Shown: positions 9,117-18,619, counted from the first letter of the stretch. The stretch: 24,851 bases of DNA from a virus (IMGVR_UViG_3300017785_001977:1-24851), one strand, 5' to 3'. The notes: a model not told the origin generated them from the letters alone. Numbers and translations: made by a program.

Positions 9117-9293
9117 TTAAATTCCTGTCTTGTCCCCGTCTTTAGCGGCAAGCAGTCCAAGGCCGACAAGCACGCCAACAACAGCTTCAAGCTCGTCTTT
9201 AAACTGTGGGAGCCAGGTTGATGTGATTACGGCAGCGATGGCGAACACGCCAACGAGTGAGGTTTTCCAGTTTTTGAGTAAGTAGTCTTTCAT
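9117..9293 (-). CDS. Holin candidate (58 aa, two TM segments)
   Basis: Not in the ORF track: MKDYLLKNWKTSLVGVFAIAAVITSTWLPQFKDELEAVVGVLVGLGLLAAKDGDKTGI, with NWKT and AKD motifs typical of small phage holins. Confidence 0.7.
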   Translation of the reverse strand: MKDYLLKNWKTSLVGVFAIAAVITSTWLPQFKDELEAVVGVLVGLGLLAAKDGDKTGI

Positions 9294-9457
9294 TTGCGTA
9301 GGTTGTTAATTGCTGAAATGCAGCCTAATACACCTGCTAGAGTTCCGACTGCGAGAGAACTTAGCTTTAACCAAACTTCAATCTCTGCCATGCTTGCAAC
9401 AGTGCTAACGAAAGCGAGTATTGATCCAATAAAAGGATTCAAGTTGTTTTCATTCAT
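9290..9457 (-). CDS. Second holin/antiholin-like two-TM protein
   Basis: MNENNLNPFIGSILAFVSTVASM...SLAVGTLAGVLGCISAINNLRK; two hydrophobic helices and basic C-terminus; ATGA overlap with the holin. Confidence 0.55.
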   Translation of the reverse strand: MNENNLNPFIGSILAFVSTVASMAEIEVWLKLSSLAVGTLAGVLGCISAINNLRK

Positions 9458-9474
9458 GGCAAATCTGAGTGGCA

Positions 9475-9642
9475 TTAGTCGTCTTTAACTAGTTCGAGTT
9501 TTTGGTCAGGAATAAGCTCCTCGACTTTAGCCTTCACCACTTCAGCGACCGCTTGAATGACTAGCTGATTGCCAGTCTGAGCAGCAGAAGCAAAGGCTTC
9601 ACAGAGCTTTAAGATTTCAGTGCGGATGTCGGCAGGATTCAT
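9475..9642 (-). CDS. Small hypothetical protein (55 aa)
   Basis: Not in the ORF track: MNPADIRTEILKLCEAFASAAQTGNQLVIQAVAEVVKAKVEELIPDQKLELVKDD. ATGA overlap with the upstream gene, and it fills the gap. Confidence 0.6.
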   Translation of the reverse strand: MNPADIRTEILKLCEAFASAAQTGNQLVIQAVAEVVKAKVEELIPDQKLELVKDD

Positions 9643-9899
9643 GAGAGTTGTGATTCGATTTGGGCGATAAGAGCTTGACGCTCGGCGTATGGAAGAGAAG
9701 CAGCAGCAGTGCCAATGCGTTGCACGGCTACGGCGTAAGCATTCGCCACATAGCTATCAACTGCCTTCATAGTGACATGGGAAAGATAGCTTTCTGCTGT
9801 GTAAGGTGTTACGCCTTCCGCAAGCGTCGCGTTAGCCGTTGCGGTTGTTGCTGTAAGAGCGTCAAGCTGCTCCTGATTAAGTGTCAAGTTTAGAATCAT
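9639..9899 (-). CDS. Small helical protein, possible tail fibre assembly chaperone
   Basis: 86 aa, ATGA-coupled to the tail fibre gene. Confidence 0.45.
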   Translation of the reverse strand: MILNLTLNQEQLDALTATTATANATLAEGVTPYTAESYLSHVTMKAVDSYVANAYAVAVQRIGTAAASLPYAERQALIAQIESQLS

Positions 9900-10837
9900 A
9901 TTGTTGAAAGTAGGATTTTATATTCTGTTCCGCCGATTTTGATTCGTGCAGTATGCGTAGAAGATAGCGCCACATCAGCCGAAGCTGTTTGAGTGGCAAG
10001 ATTTACTAGTCCTGTGCCAGCCGTGGTAATGTTGATATCCACGTTATCAGCTCCTGTGCCTGCGGTTTCTGCAGCTAGGGTGACAAGTGTTGAGCTTGAT
10101 GCAAGCGATGCGCGAACGTAATTGCTGGCATCCGTGTAAGTGCCGTAAACTCGTTTTGTTTGGGCGTTAGCGCCATTTCGCTGCGCGAGGATATTGGCGT
10201 CGTCTCGTCGAAGAATTAAATCTTCAGCGGCGTTTCCAGCTCCATCAGTTGTTGCAGTCCAGCCAATAGCCGTTGTGCTACCAACGGAAAAAACAGACCC
10301 TGGGTTTAGAAATGCTCCACTAGTTCCGCCAAACCTAATCCGTCCAGCCCCACCAAAGTTTGGGTTAATAATGATATTCCCGCCAGCTGTCCAGCCGCTA
10401 CTTACGGTTGCTGCAAATCTACTGACTCCGTTAATTTGAGCATCAATTAAATTACCCACAAAACCGCTGGCAGCATTGGCACCGATAAGCGTTCCACTCG
10501 TTGACCAGTTTGTTGATGTCGTGCCGGAAGGTTCAACAATCAAAGTCGGTTTTGTCGTTGTTGCGGTGCCACCTGTAAAGGTTGTTCCTGTTAGGCTCAC
10601 AACTGGAGCGGAAGCAGCACCGTTTGTGCTGTTAATTAGCGCACCCGTGAGAGTGCCACCAGTTAGAGGCAAGACAGCTAGTGCAGTCCGTTGTGCAGCA
10701 GCGTCAGCAGCTTCAATGAGCGTTGCTCCTGCTGCTGTAAATGTAAACTTACGATCTGCGCCTGATTGTGTCCCATAAAACAAACCACCTGTGGTGGCAG
10801 TTGCTGCTGTTAAAGCTCCAAGTGTTGAGTTTGGCAT
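9896..10837 (-). CDS. Tail fibre protein
   Basis: DAAAQRTALAV and LPLTGGTLTGAL fibre repeat motifs, T/G/A-rich body, C-terminal IKIGGTEYKILL strand motif. Confidence 0.8.
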   Translation of the reverse strand: MPNSTLGALTAATATTGGLFYGTQSGADRKFTFTAAGATLIEAADAAAQRTALAVLPLTGGTLTGALINSTNGAASAPVVSLTGTTFTGGTATTTKPTLIVEPSGTTSTNWSTSGTLIGANAASGFVGNLIDAQINGVSRFAATVSSGWTAGGNIIINPNFGGAGRIRFGGTSGAFLNPGSVFSVGSTTAIGWTATTDGAGNAAEDLILRRDDANILAQRNGANAQTKRVYGTYTDASNYVRASLASSSTLVTLAAETAGTGADNVDINITTAGTGLVNLATQTASADVALSSTHTARIKIGGTEYKILLSTI

Positions 10838-10840
10838 AAA

Positions 10841-10981
10841 TTAGTTGAGTAAAAGTTTAGATGTTCCGTCAGCAAGCAGCAAGAAATCCGTTCCGTTAGC
10901 TAACAATAAGAACGACTCGCCAGATGGAATTGGCGGTTTAGCGTTGGTCCTAATGTTAACGGAAAGCGTGATTGCAATCAT
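10841..10981 (-). CDS. Small virion protein (46 aa) with tandem LLLA(N/D)GT motif
   Basis: Not in the ORF track: MIAITLSVNIRTNAKPPIPSGESFLLLANGTDFLLLADGTSKLLLN. Confidence 0.6.
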   Translation of the reverse strand: MIAITLSVNIRTNAKPPIPSGESFLLLANGTDFLLLADGTSKLLLN

Positions 10982-10987
10982 CAGAGA

Positions 10988-11254
10988 TTACGCTGGAAGT
11001 TTATAAGCACGAACACGACCAGATGTCAGAGTAAAGGCAGTGATGCCTAGACCGTTGATGATCGTTGTTCCTGCTGGAAGAGTAAAGCCAGTCATAGTAT
11101 CACCTGTCTTACCATTCTCGGTGAAGACTGAGAAGATGGCATCAGTTAAAACTTGAACAGCATAGAACTTACCTGTTGCGGCAGTTGTTCCAGTTTCAAC
11201 ATCTACACCGTGACAAGCTCCGGCTGCTCCTGCGATATTTACGTTATTTTGCAT
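10988..11254 (-). CDS. Small beta-rich virion protein
   Basis: 88 aa; FYAVQVL...TLPAGTTI...FTLTSGRVRAY; follows the adaptor gene. Confidence 0.55.
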   Translation of the reverse strand: MQNNVNIAGAAGACHGVDVETGTTAATGKFYAVQVLTDAIFSVFTENGKTGDTMTGFTLPAGTTIINGLGITAFTLTSGRVRAYKLPA

Positions 11255-11258
11255 AATA

Positions 11259-12020
11259 TTAGTATGTGAAGACTCTCATTGTTTTGACCTGCCCTTCAGA
11301 ACGAAGAACACGATCGACTTGCATCATCTTTGCTTGGTCAGCTTCTTGATCTGCTAATGCAGCAGACTCAAACTGTGACTCAGAACGAAGGTAATCCGAA
11401 AGGATAGCACGGACAAGGTAGTCTGTGGTGAAATAAGGAACTTCGACCATCTGCCAGCGTGCAGGAGTGTTGACCGGATGCTCACCAGAGTTACCAGCAG
11501 AAAGACAGGTGTAGAAGTTACCTGCACCACCGGAAGTTTTAGAAGGCTGATAGCTTCCTGAAAGCATCCCAGTGTCAAAGTAGATCTGAGCACCTGTCGT
11601 ATAGTTGGAGCTAGCATCATAAGCCTCACCAAAGAACGTTGGAGGTGGCAAGCGATACTCGACCCAGACTGGATTGGTAGAACTTAGCATTACGATGCGG
11701 GAAGAGTCACCGCTATCGTCTAGATAGTAACTCACGTTTACTGCTCTAGCAGTCACGCGAGGGTTGAGTTGGTAGACATTCAAAATGTCACCGTTAGCCT
11801 CTGTAATATTGATGTATGCCACTGAGTCGTCACCAGTGGTAACAGACATCTCTTCAACGCGAACAATATCAGGCCAGGGTTCCTGCTCCCAAATGTCAGA
11901 GATACGTTGAGTCGCGAAGTCACGAATCATGCGAAACGTCGAGTCCTGAATCGCTGAACGATCCATTCCGCACAACGTTATTGCACGATACAGTATTTCG
12001 CTAAAGTTGGTTGTTCTCAC
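11259..12020 (-). CDS. Head-tail adaptor / tail tubular protein A with inserted carbohydrate-binding-like module
   Basis: IWEQEPWP motif, helical termini, position after the capsid gene; insert YDASSNYTTGAQIYF...FYTCL...P...WQMV. Confidence 0.6.
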   Translation of the reverse strand: MRTTNFSEILYRAITLCGMDRSAIQDSTFRMIRDFATQRISDIWEQEPWPDIVRVEEMSVTTGDDSVAYINITEANGDILNVYQLNPRVTARAVNVSYYLDDSGDSSRIVMLSSTNPVWVEYRLPPPTFFGEAYDASSNYTTGAQIYFDTGMLSGSYQPSKTSGGAGNFYTCLSAGNSGEHPVNTPARWQMVEVPYFTTDYLVRAILSDYLRSESQFESAALADQEADQAKMMQVDRVLRSEGQVKTMRVFTY

Positions 12021-12367
12021 GCGTAGACTTTACGATGTTTTGGTGTTCGAGTCGAGGAGTAACCCACATGAATTTCTTTCGTTCCGCCGCTGTTTACTTT
12101 GCAGTAAGGATTCTTCTCCATGTAACGCTTTCGGAATGCTGCATCCTTCCAGCAGTCATATCCTAAACGTTGACCCCAATAGTGAAACGAATCTGCATTG
12201 ATTCGCATCTGTAACTGACCAATGCCGTCAATAGACTTGGCCTTGATCTGATTAACCTGTCCGACTGCTTGCGTTTGAGCCTCAGCCATTACCTTTTGAA
12301 AGTTCCATCCTGTTTTGAATTCCTTGAGCATTGCTCCATGGAGTTCTTCGGGGATTTGTTCGATCAT
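12017..12367 (-). CDS. Conserved-type hypothetical protein following the major capsid gene
   Basis: 116 aa (HYWGQRLGYDCWKD..F.K); ATGA-coupled to the adaptor. Confidence 0.6.
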   Translation of the reverse strand: MIEQIPEELHGAMLKEFKTGWNFQKVMAEAQTQAVGQVNQIKAKSIDGIGQLQMRINADSFHYWGQRLGYDCWKDAAFRKRYMEKNPYCKVNSGGTKEIHVGYSSTRTPKHRKVYA

Positions 12368-12434
12368 AAATAATGGCTGAGGATGTGTTACGCGATGCTA
12401 GTTGCAATCATGCACTAGACTATAGGAGATTCTA

Positions 12435-13439
12435 CTATGAGGAAGCAGAGAATTTCCCTAGTCCTAGAGGATTTTTACATACGAGTCCGGCTACGGCTTT
12501 TATGAGCCGTGCGGGGCCGCCACCAGCATTAGGAAGTTCTGTAACCTCTGGGAGGTTGGTATAACGCAATTCAAGGAGGTCCATATCAAGGACATAACCA
12601 CGGAAGGCGTTAAAGTTAAACAGAGTTGGATGCAGACGGAGGCTACCGAAGTCACCTTCAAACAGATCAACAGAGGAGCTGATCGTGTCGCTAAAGGCAT
12701 CACGGTTGAGCGTGCGAACACTTGCAAAAGTATTTGCAGTTGGAGTCGAGAGTTGTGTTGCTGTGTAAAGCAAGTTACTGAAAGCACGTTTCAAGGTTGG
12801 GCCAACGACAGTGTCGAAGGTCTTCATTTGACCAGTTTCGTTGTAGATGCTGGTAAGAACTGCCTGTGCATCAGTTTCAGCAAATGAACCTGTTACAGTG
12901 GTGTTGATGCTAGCAGATGGAGTGCGATAAGCAGATGGAACAGGATTAGTGCTTTGAGCAGAGTTGTTGATCCACGAACCAAGAGCACGAGTCAAATATG
13001 GAGTCGGCACGCTTTCAACTACACCTGCATCAGCTTGCATGTCAGCATCGCCGCAGACGGTTTTCTCCATATCCCTTTTTAGTACTTTTATACTCTTCGC
13101 AACCATCCCTGCGAGTTCATCGCGGAGACCAGCAACAATGGAAACGTCCACCGAAAGAGGAGAAACGCGAATTGCACGTTGGAAAACTTGGATATAGTTG
13201 CTCAGTTTTGCGCGACCTTCGTTTAAGTTTTCGTATGCGGAAACGTCCAAACCGTCAACAGAACCAGCCACGCTAGGAGATGGCATATTATCAACCTGCC
13301 ATGAGAGCAAAGTATTGCCTGGCTTGTTGCCTTTAGGGATCATCGACGTTGCAGGAGTGTCCTTAGCGTCAACGAGTGTGATGTAGTCGGCAAGATCTTC
13401 GCGTTTACCGACCTGAGAGCGTTCAAATAGTGCAGCCAT
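12435..13439 (-). CDS. Major capsid protein (SU10/DUF5309-like, HK97 fold)
   Basis: GKREDLADYI...DTP, LSNYIQVF, LKRDME and FEGDFGSL motifs; directly follows the scaffold gene. Confidence 0.85.
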   Translation of the reverse strand: MAALFERSQVGKREDLADYITLVDAKDTPATSMIPKGNKPGNTLLSWQVDNMPSPSVAGSVDGLDVSAYENLNEGRAKLSNYIQVFQRAIRVSPLSVDVSIVAGLRDELAGMVAKSIKVLKRDMEKTVCGDADMQADAGVVESVPTPYLTRALGSWINNSAQSTNPVPSAYRTPSASINTTVTGSFAETDAQAVLTSIYNETGQMKTFDTVVGPTLKRAFSNLLYTATQLSTPTANTFASVRTLNRDAFSDTISSSVDLFEGDFGSLRLHPTLFNFNAFRGYVLDMDLLELRYTNLPEVTELPNAGGGPARLIKAVAGLVCKNPLGLGKFSASS

Positions 13440-13467
13440 AATATTTTATTTTATTGAGTTTGTTAGG

Positions 13468-14490
13468 TTAAAGGAATCTCTCAGCAAGTAGTGCTTTGAG
13501 GGCATCCTTATCGTTTGGGTTTTTCCTGAATGCTTCCTCGGTAGAACGAGACTTCAGCGACTTTGAAGATTGGACAGGTGATGCAGATGTCTGCTTTGGA
13601 TTTGATGGAGCCTTTTTGATAGCAGATGTTGGCTTGACCTTAGATTCCCGAATCCGTTTGCCTTCGATCATGTCTCCAATGGAGAGCTTGAAATCAGGGA
13701 ACTTTTGGATCTCTGGGAACTCACGAAGTAAAGCGTTAGCATACTGATACTCTTGGCTTGAGCGTTGTTTCCAGAACGGATAAGTCTTCTCAGCTTCTGC
13801 ATCAAACTGCTTACGCGTCTGAATGTAGTTCATCTGAGAAGGCAAGTGTTCTTCAAGGGCATCAATAGCGTTAAGCTTGATCTTGCGGATGTCTTCCGCA
13901 GAGTATTCAATCTCTTCACCATTCTTGCCAGCCACAACGGCACCATCAGGATTTTCTTCCGCCCACCGTCTAACCTGTCGAGCATTTCGGATCTCCGCAT
14001 GAACATCAGTGTCGCTTTGCAGCTTGAAGTATGGGTTTAATCCTTTGTCAGTTGGTGCGAAGTCCTTTTGGGAATTGGCAGCTTGTGACTCTGTTTCGGC
14101 TAGTTTTTCAGCGAGAGCATTTAGCTTTGCCTCGGCTTCCTTCTTCTGAGCGACTAATTTGTCGATCCGTTTCTGGACTCCTTTGGAAAGTTGCTTGTCC
14201 TGTTTGTCTTCATCGTCAGCTTTGGACTCTTCTGCTTCGTCAGCATTATCGTCTTCGACATTAGATTCAGTTTCAGAATCCTCTGATTCAGTCTCATCCT
14301 CTGCGATTTCCTCGCTAGATTCTGGTTCTTCTTCTTCGGTATCTGTCTCAGTCTCAGCCTGAGTTTGCTGCTCTTCTGGGTCAGCGAAGAGTGTCTGTCT
14401 AAGCAGGGAAGTCAGACCTTCAGTGTCTAACGAACTACTCGGCAACGTGGTTTTAGAAGGTTCACTAACCTGATTTGGTGATGTAGGCAT
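13468..14490 (-). CDS. Capsid scaffolding protein
   Basis: Very acidic N-terminus, KGVQKRIDKLVAQKKEAE coiled-coil, basic/Pro-rich C-terminus; lies between portal and capsid genes. Confidence 0.8.
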   Translation of the reverse strand: MPTSPNQVSEPSKTTLPSSSLDTEGLTSLLRQTLFADPEEQQTQAETETDTEEEEPESSEEIAEDETESEDSETESNVEDDNADEAEESKADDEDKQDKQLSKGVQKRIDKLVAQKKEAEAKLNALAEKLAETESQAANSQKDFAPTDKGLNPYFKLQSDTDVHAEIRNARQVRRWAEENPDGAVVAGKNGEEIEYSAEDIRKIKLNAIDALEEHLPSQMNYIQTRKQFDAEAEKTYPFWKQRSSQEYQYANALLREFPEIQKFPDFKLSIGDMIEGKRIRESKVKPTSAIKKAPSNPKQTSASPVQSSKSLKSRSTEEAFRKNPNDKDALKALLAERFL

Positions 14491-14561
14491 AAGCAAGAGG
14501 TTTAAAGACCATCAAGAGGTCGAACTAACGAACAGAGCTTGAGAAACTCAGGAACGTGAAA

Positions 14562-14589
14562 AACCTAAGCCTACTTTTTTGAGCGTCAA
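14562..14589 (-). promoter_or_regulatory. Putative sigma70-type promoter for scaffold/capsid genes
   Basis: TTGACG-N16-TAGGTT, ahead of an approximately 65-nt leader. Confidence 0.4.
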
Positions 14590-14831
14590 GGGTCAGAGAA
14601 TTCCACCTCAGTCTCAGACCGTGTCGAATAGTCCTCAATGATTGCACGCAGGTCGATTAGAGCGGCTACTTGTCCAGCGTAGTATGCACGATCCTCGCCC
14701 TTGTTGACCACATCTAGAACGCTAGACAGTGCAGAGTTATGCTCACTCTGGATGACTGCGTAGAGTGCATCCCAGAACGCTTTGGTGCCCATCTTGAGCG
14801 TGAATGCTTCGATGACTTTGATCTCTTCCAT
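14586..14831 (-). CDS. Small protein between portal and scaffold (head assembly associated)
   Basis: 81 aa with RAYYAGQ..AL motif; canonical post-portal position. Confidence 0.6.
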   Translation of the reverse strand: MEEIKVIEAFTLKMGTKAFWDALYAVIQSEHNSALSSVLDVVNKGEDRAYYAGQVAALIDLRAIIEDYSTRSETEVEFSDP

Positions 14832-14832
14832 A

Positions 14833-16968
14833 TTACATCTGTGGAGGTTGTTGCTGTTGCATCATCTGGTCACCGACTGGCGTTACACCAGTGCGTCCAA
14901 TTTGAGCATTCTGCTGCTGCATTACGCTCATCTGCATGTTCTTAACGTAGTTTTGCATTAAGGTCTGGAACACTGGGTCTTGCTGTGCTGCTGCCTGCGC
15001 TTTTGGATTCTTGGAGATAATGTCCTGAACGTATTGCATACGAGTCTGTGCACTAGGATCGTTCTCTTTATACATCGGCTCATTGCCTAGCATCATCATA
15101 CCAATGTCAGATTGAACTTCTCTGAACATCTGCTCAGATGCGCTTGAGTTGTCCATGATCAAGTCACGCGCAGACTCAGGAGCCACGGCTTCGATGATCA
15201 TCTGGATCAACTTGTTACGGTTAAGAACTCCACCTGCATCAAGAGGCACAACAAACGAGGAAATCGCCTGTAGTTTCTTCGCAACAAGGTCATTATCAAG
15301 CGATTGGATGTTGAACCGCACAATGAAGTCAAAGCCACTAGCAATGTCACTCATGTTACTTGGAAGCTGAACACCTGTGATGCGTTGGATCTCTTCCGGT
15401 GGCATGTATTGCAGACACAGACTGAACATCTGGTTGTAGATTTTCGACCAAGTGCAGAGCCAACGGTTAACCAACTGTTGCTGCATCAATTGCGTCTTGA
15501 TTGGCACCACAGTTGCACGGCTCAAACCGAAGTAGTTGGCATGGTTGTTCTCGACACGCTCAATGAGGTTAAATGCAGTCGTGGGAGCACGGTTAGGAGA
15601 CTCTAACCAAGAGTAATCATCTGGACGAGTAACAGGAAGCTGAACACCTGGGCCAATCTTGTTGATCTGACCAATGCGCTTCACCACTTTCATCGGTGGC
15701 AACGTCTCAAATGCTGTGCGATCACGAATCGAATCGTGTTGAGCCTTGATTTCGTCCTGATCGGTGATGGTCAGTTCTGGAATGCCTCGACTCTCGGTGA
15801 TTGGACGACGAACAACTTCACGGCGGAACTCAATAAACGGATACTCACCGTGAGCATAGTCTAACAACTCATGCTTGGCATACAAGTCCTGCTCTACGAG
15901 AGGAGAGAACACTGTGCAGTAGATAGCAGCGATGCCGTCCTTGTCGATCTGACGAGTGTAAGCATAACAGATTTCAATTAGGTTGTCTTGGCGGATGATC
16001 GGAGAGGCACCCAGAGCAGTGATCGTGTCGAGTGGGTTGGTATACCAAGACTGCTTGCCTGCTGTTTCCACAGCCTGATCAATAAAGTCCTCATCCCAGT
16101 CTTCTTCTTTGACTTTGGAGCGAAGATCCACCTCGTTCATGTAGATACGGCGGAAGATTACACGGGCTGATTGTAGGTCCATCGTCTCCGGTGGCAGCGC
16201 AATCTCCTCAAAAGGTTTGAGAGCAGTTACACAAGGTAAGTTTTTGCTTACATACGTCTCATACATCTCACCTTCTCCAGTCTCGCGAAGTTGCTTCACG
16301 AACTTCTTGATGTCTCCTAACTTAAAGTCTGGCAGATTCATGGAAATCAACTGAACGGCTTGATCTGCTGCCTCTGGATTCATGATTAGGTCAGGAAGCT
16401 GAGAGAGTGCGGAGTCTGGACCTGCCTGCTGCGAGAGTGCAGCGATTTCGTCCATGCTGATCTTTTGCAGACGCTTGGAGAACTCCTGATCCCATCCTAC
16501 ATGGTAGATCATCCAGCCATAGTGCAGACCATACTGTGATCCTAGCTCTACCTCACGCGAGATTTCAGCCCGTAGCTTCTGTTGGGTGACCCAGTTCATG
16601 AGCGTAGACGCTGCGCTTGCAGTCGCCATGTCGTTGAACTCGGTAGGCAGAACGCCAAGCTGAGAACGCTCAAACGAGGTCGTTAGAAGGCAAGAAAGCT
16701 CATTGATAGTCGAATCAGCAAGTCGATTCCTAACATCACTCGCGCCTTCAAATGGAAACGCCTGTCTATTGTTTGGTAGATTCTCAGAATGCTTCTTTCC
16801 ATCGTCGGATTGTCCAGCCCATCGGCAGAATCGGATATCATCAGCGGCATTTAATCTTTCTACGTTAGCGGTTGTGTAGAGTGAACGTGTCAGCTCTTTC
16901 GAGAGTTCAAGAACGTCTGGCGTTTCCGAATAGAAAGCTAGTTTGTCGCTGCTGTTTGATTTCTTCAT
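14833..16968 (-). CDS. Portal protein
   Basis: 711 aa directly after the terminase; HGEYPFI, SRGIPE and DRTAFETLPP portal-like motifs; Gln-rich tail. Confidence 0.85.
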   Translation of the reverse strand: MKKSNSSDKLAFYSETPDVLELSKELTRSLYTTANVERLNAADDIRFCRWAGQSDDGKKHSENLPNNRQAFPFEGASDVRNRLADSTINELSCLLTTSFERSQLGVLPTEFNDMATASAASTLMNWVTQQKLRAEISREVELGSQYGLHYGWMIYHVGWDQEFSKRLQKISMDEIAALSQQAGPDSALSQLPDLIMNPEAADQAVQLISMNLPDFKLGDIKKFVKQLRETGEGEMYETYVSKNLPCVTALKPFEEIALPPETMDLQSARVIFRRIYMNEVDLRSKVKEEDWDEDFIDQAVETAGKQSWYTNPLDTITALGASPIIRQDNLIEICYAYTRQIDKDGIAAIYCTVFSPLVEQDLYAKHELLDYAHGEYPFIEFRREVVRRPITESRGIPELTITDQDEIKAQHDSIRDRTAFETLPPMKVVKRIGQINKIGPGVQLPVTRPDDYSWLESPNRAPTTAFNLIERVENNHANYFGLSRATVVPIKTQLMQQQLVNRWLCTWSKIYNQMFSLCLQYMPPEEIQRITGVQLPSNMSDIASGFDFIVRFNIQSLDNDLVAKKLQAISSFVVPLDAGGVLNRNKLIQMIIEAVAPESARDLIMDNSSASEQMFREVQSDIGMMMLGNEPMYKENDPSAQTRMQYVQDIISKNPKAQAAAQQDPVFQTLMQNYVKNMQMSVMQQQNAQIGRTGVTPVGDQMMQQQQPPQM

Positions 16969-16969
16969 G

Positions 16970-18619
16970 TTAATAAGATCCTATTTCGCCTTGAGGTTGG
17001 AAGCTTTGACTGTTTTGATGGGTCGGATTCATCACCGCTAGATAGCGCAGAACATCGACAGGATCTTTAGTTGCTCCCTTGTCTCCGTCTGCACCTGTCC
17101 ACTCTCGGAGTGAGTAAATGATGTTTTTGCACGTTTCACTAACATAAAGGTTAGGCTCATTTAAGAGCGCAAGCAAGGGTTCGTCCTTATCCCACGCTAA
17201 CCAGTTGTTAATGATGCTCACTCCTTCCTCGATTCGGAGTCCTGCGGCAGGTGTGAACCACATCGGGTCTGGATCTTCGGCTAAGAGGTCAGTCAGACTA
17301 GTGCCACCGTCCTTACCAATCGCCTGAGTGCCACCAGCTCTAGGGTCAATAAACCTGTCAGCGATCTCTTCCTTACCTTCAAGCTCTTCGATGAGTGCTT
17401 TGTAGTCGTTAATCCCTCGACCAGCACCGTTTCGTTGTGCTGCCCCTGCTTTTCCGTCAGGTTTATCGCTTGGGATTGCCCATTCACCCAGATCGATGCT
17501 AGGCCACTCTCTGTAAATGAACTTTCTACCGTGTTCGTCCACTCGGAGCCACAACATGAACCAGTTACGAGCACCAGCAGGATCCATTGCCATGTAATTC
17601 GTGCCCTTTTCTGGGATCTGATCGTCAGGAATCACGTTCCAATTGCCAAATTTGGGGAATTGGGAGCCTGAAAGACTCTCTGCCCATCCATAAGCACGAA
17701 TCTTGACCTCGTAATTGGTGCGTCCATGTAACGCTCTTTTGATTTCGCTGAACGGTGAATAGACGTTAAGCTCCGAATGGAACCAGATAGCCCTGTTACT
17801 CGGATTATGGCAGGTAGCTTGGAATGGCATGGTGCCACGTTCACCACCAGGAACGTTGATTGAGTCCTTGAGCAGGGAAGCTGGGAGCCATTTAGTGATC
17901 ATCGCACCTGCAATGTATTCTTTCACCACCGAAGTATAACCACTGATCGGCGTGAAGGTCAGAATCATCTTACCTCGTCTCGTTGCAGTTCGGTAACGTA
18001 GCGTTTTGATCCAGTCGGCTGTGATTTCTTCGTCAATCCAGATCAAATCTACCTCACCACCTTCGATGACCTTGATGTCTTGAGACTGGTTGAGAAACCA
18101 GCACTGGCTTTTGTTGGGAAGGACAAAGGTATTGTCTGAGAATCCGTTTTTTTGCGTGAAAGCAACATTGGTGATCTTCGTCTTGCGTGCCGTTTTATAT
18201 TCTGCTGGCAGGTATTTGTAGACTACAGGTTGCTGCATCTGCACGCTACTCATGTTAGTCGTATGGATGCACCACACTCGCTTGCCTGGGTTCTGGCTAA
18301 GGTATTGAGCCACTCGTTTTGCAGCGTATTCAGTCTTAGACGCACGGTTTCCGCCAAAGATCATGAGTTCTGAGATAGCTGGATCTGACAGCAGGCTGTC
18401 GGCAATCTTCCAGTGATCGGGTTCGTAGCCGTGACGATAAGGGTCCATCGTCTCTGCCATGATCTTGTCCTCACGCAGTTGCAGAAGCTCACAAGCACGG
18501 TCGATGCCCTTGTTCTTGATGATGTTGGCTATCTGCTCCGCACTGGGAGCGACCATGATAGGATGAGGCGTAGGCGTATATTTGCCTAGCGTCTCCTTGG
18601 ATACTTCGTTGATAAACAT
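16970..18619 (-). CDS. terL: Terminase large subunit
   Basis: Walker A GGNRASKT, Walker B LIWIDEE, coupling motif TFTP, RNase H-like nuclease AMDP and DPVDVLRY. Confidence 0.92.
   Translation of the reverse strand: MFINEVSKETLGKYTPTPHPIMVAPSAEQIANIIKNKGIDRACELLQLREDKIMAETMDPYRHGYEPDHWKIADSLLSDPAISELMIFGGNRASKTEYAAKRVAQYLSQNPGKRVWCIHTTNMSSVQMQQPVVYKYLPAEYKTARKTKITNVAFTQKNGFSDNTFVLPNKSQCWFLNQSQDIKVIEGGEVDLIWIDEEITADWIKTLRYRTATRRGKMILTFTPISGYTSVVKEYIAGAMITKWLPASLLKDSINVPGGERGTMPFQATCHNPSNRAIWFHSELNVYSPFSEIKRALHGRTNYEVKIRAYGWAESLSGSQFPKFGNWNVIPDDQIPEKGTNYMAMDPAGARNWFMLWLRVDEHGRKFIYREWPSIDLGEWAIPSDKPDGKAGAAQRNGAGRGINDYKALIEELEGKEEIADRFIDPRAGGTQAIGKDGGTSLTDLLAEDPDPMWFTPAAGLRIEEGVSIINNWLAWDKDEPLLALLNEPNLYVSETCKNIIYSLREWTGADGDKGATKDPVDVLRYLAVMNPTHQNSQSFQPQGEIGSY

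Noticed and set aside
9900-10600. Apparent codon-usage shift in the distal tail fibre suggesting a recent swap
   Set aside because: Visual impression only; cannot be supported without computing codon statistics.
12368-12434. Terminator after the capsid gene
   Set aside because: Only a weak CTAGTGCA/TGCAACTAG inverted repeat with no U-tract.
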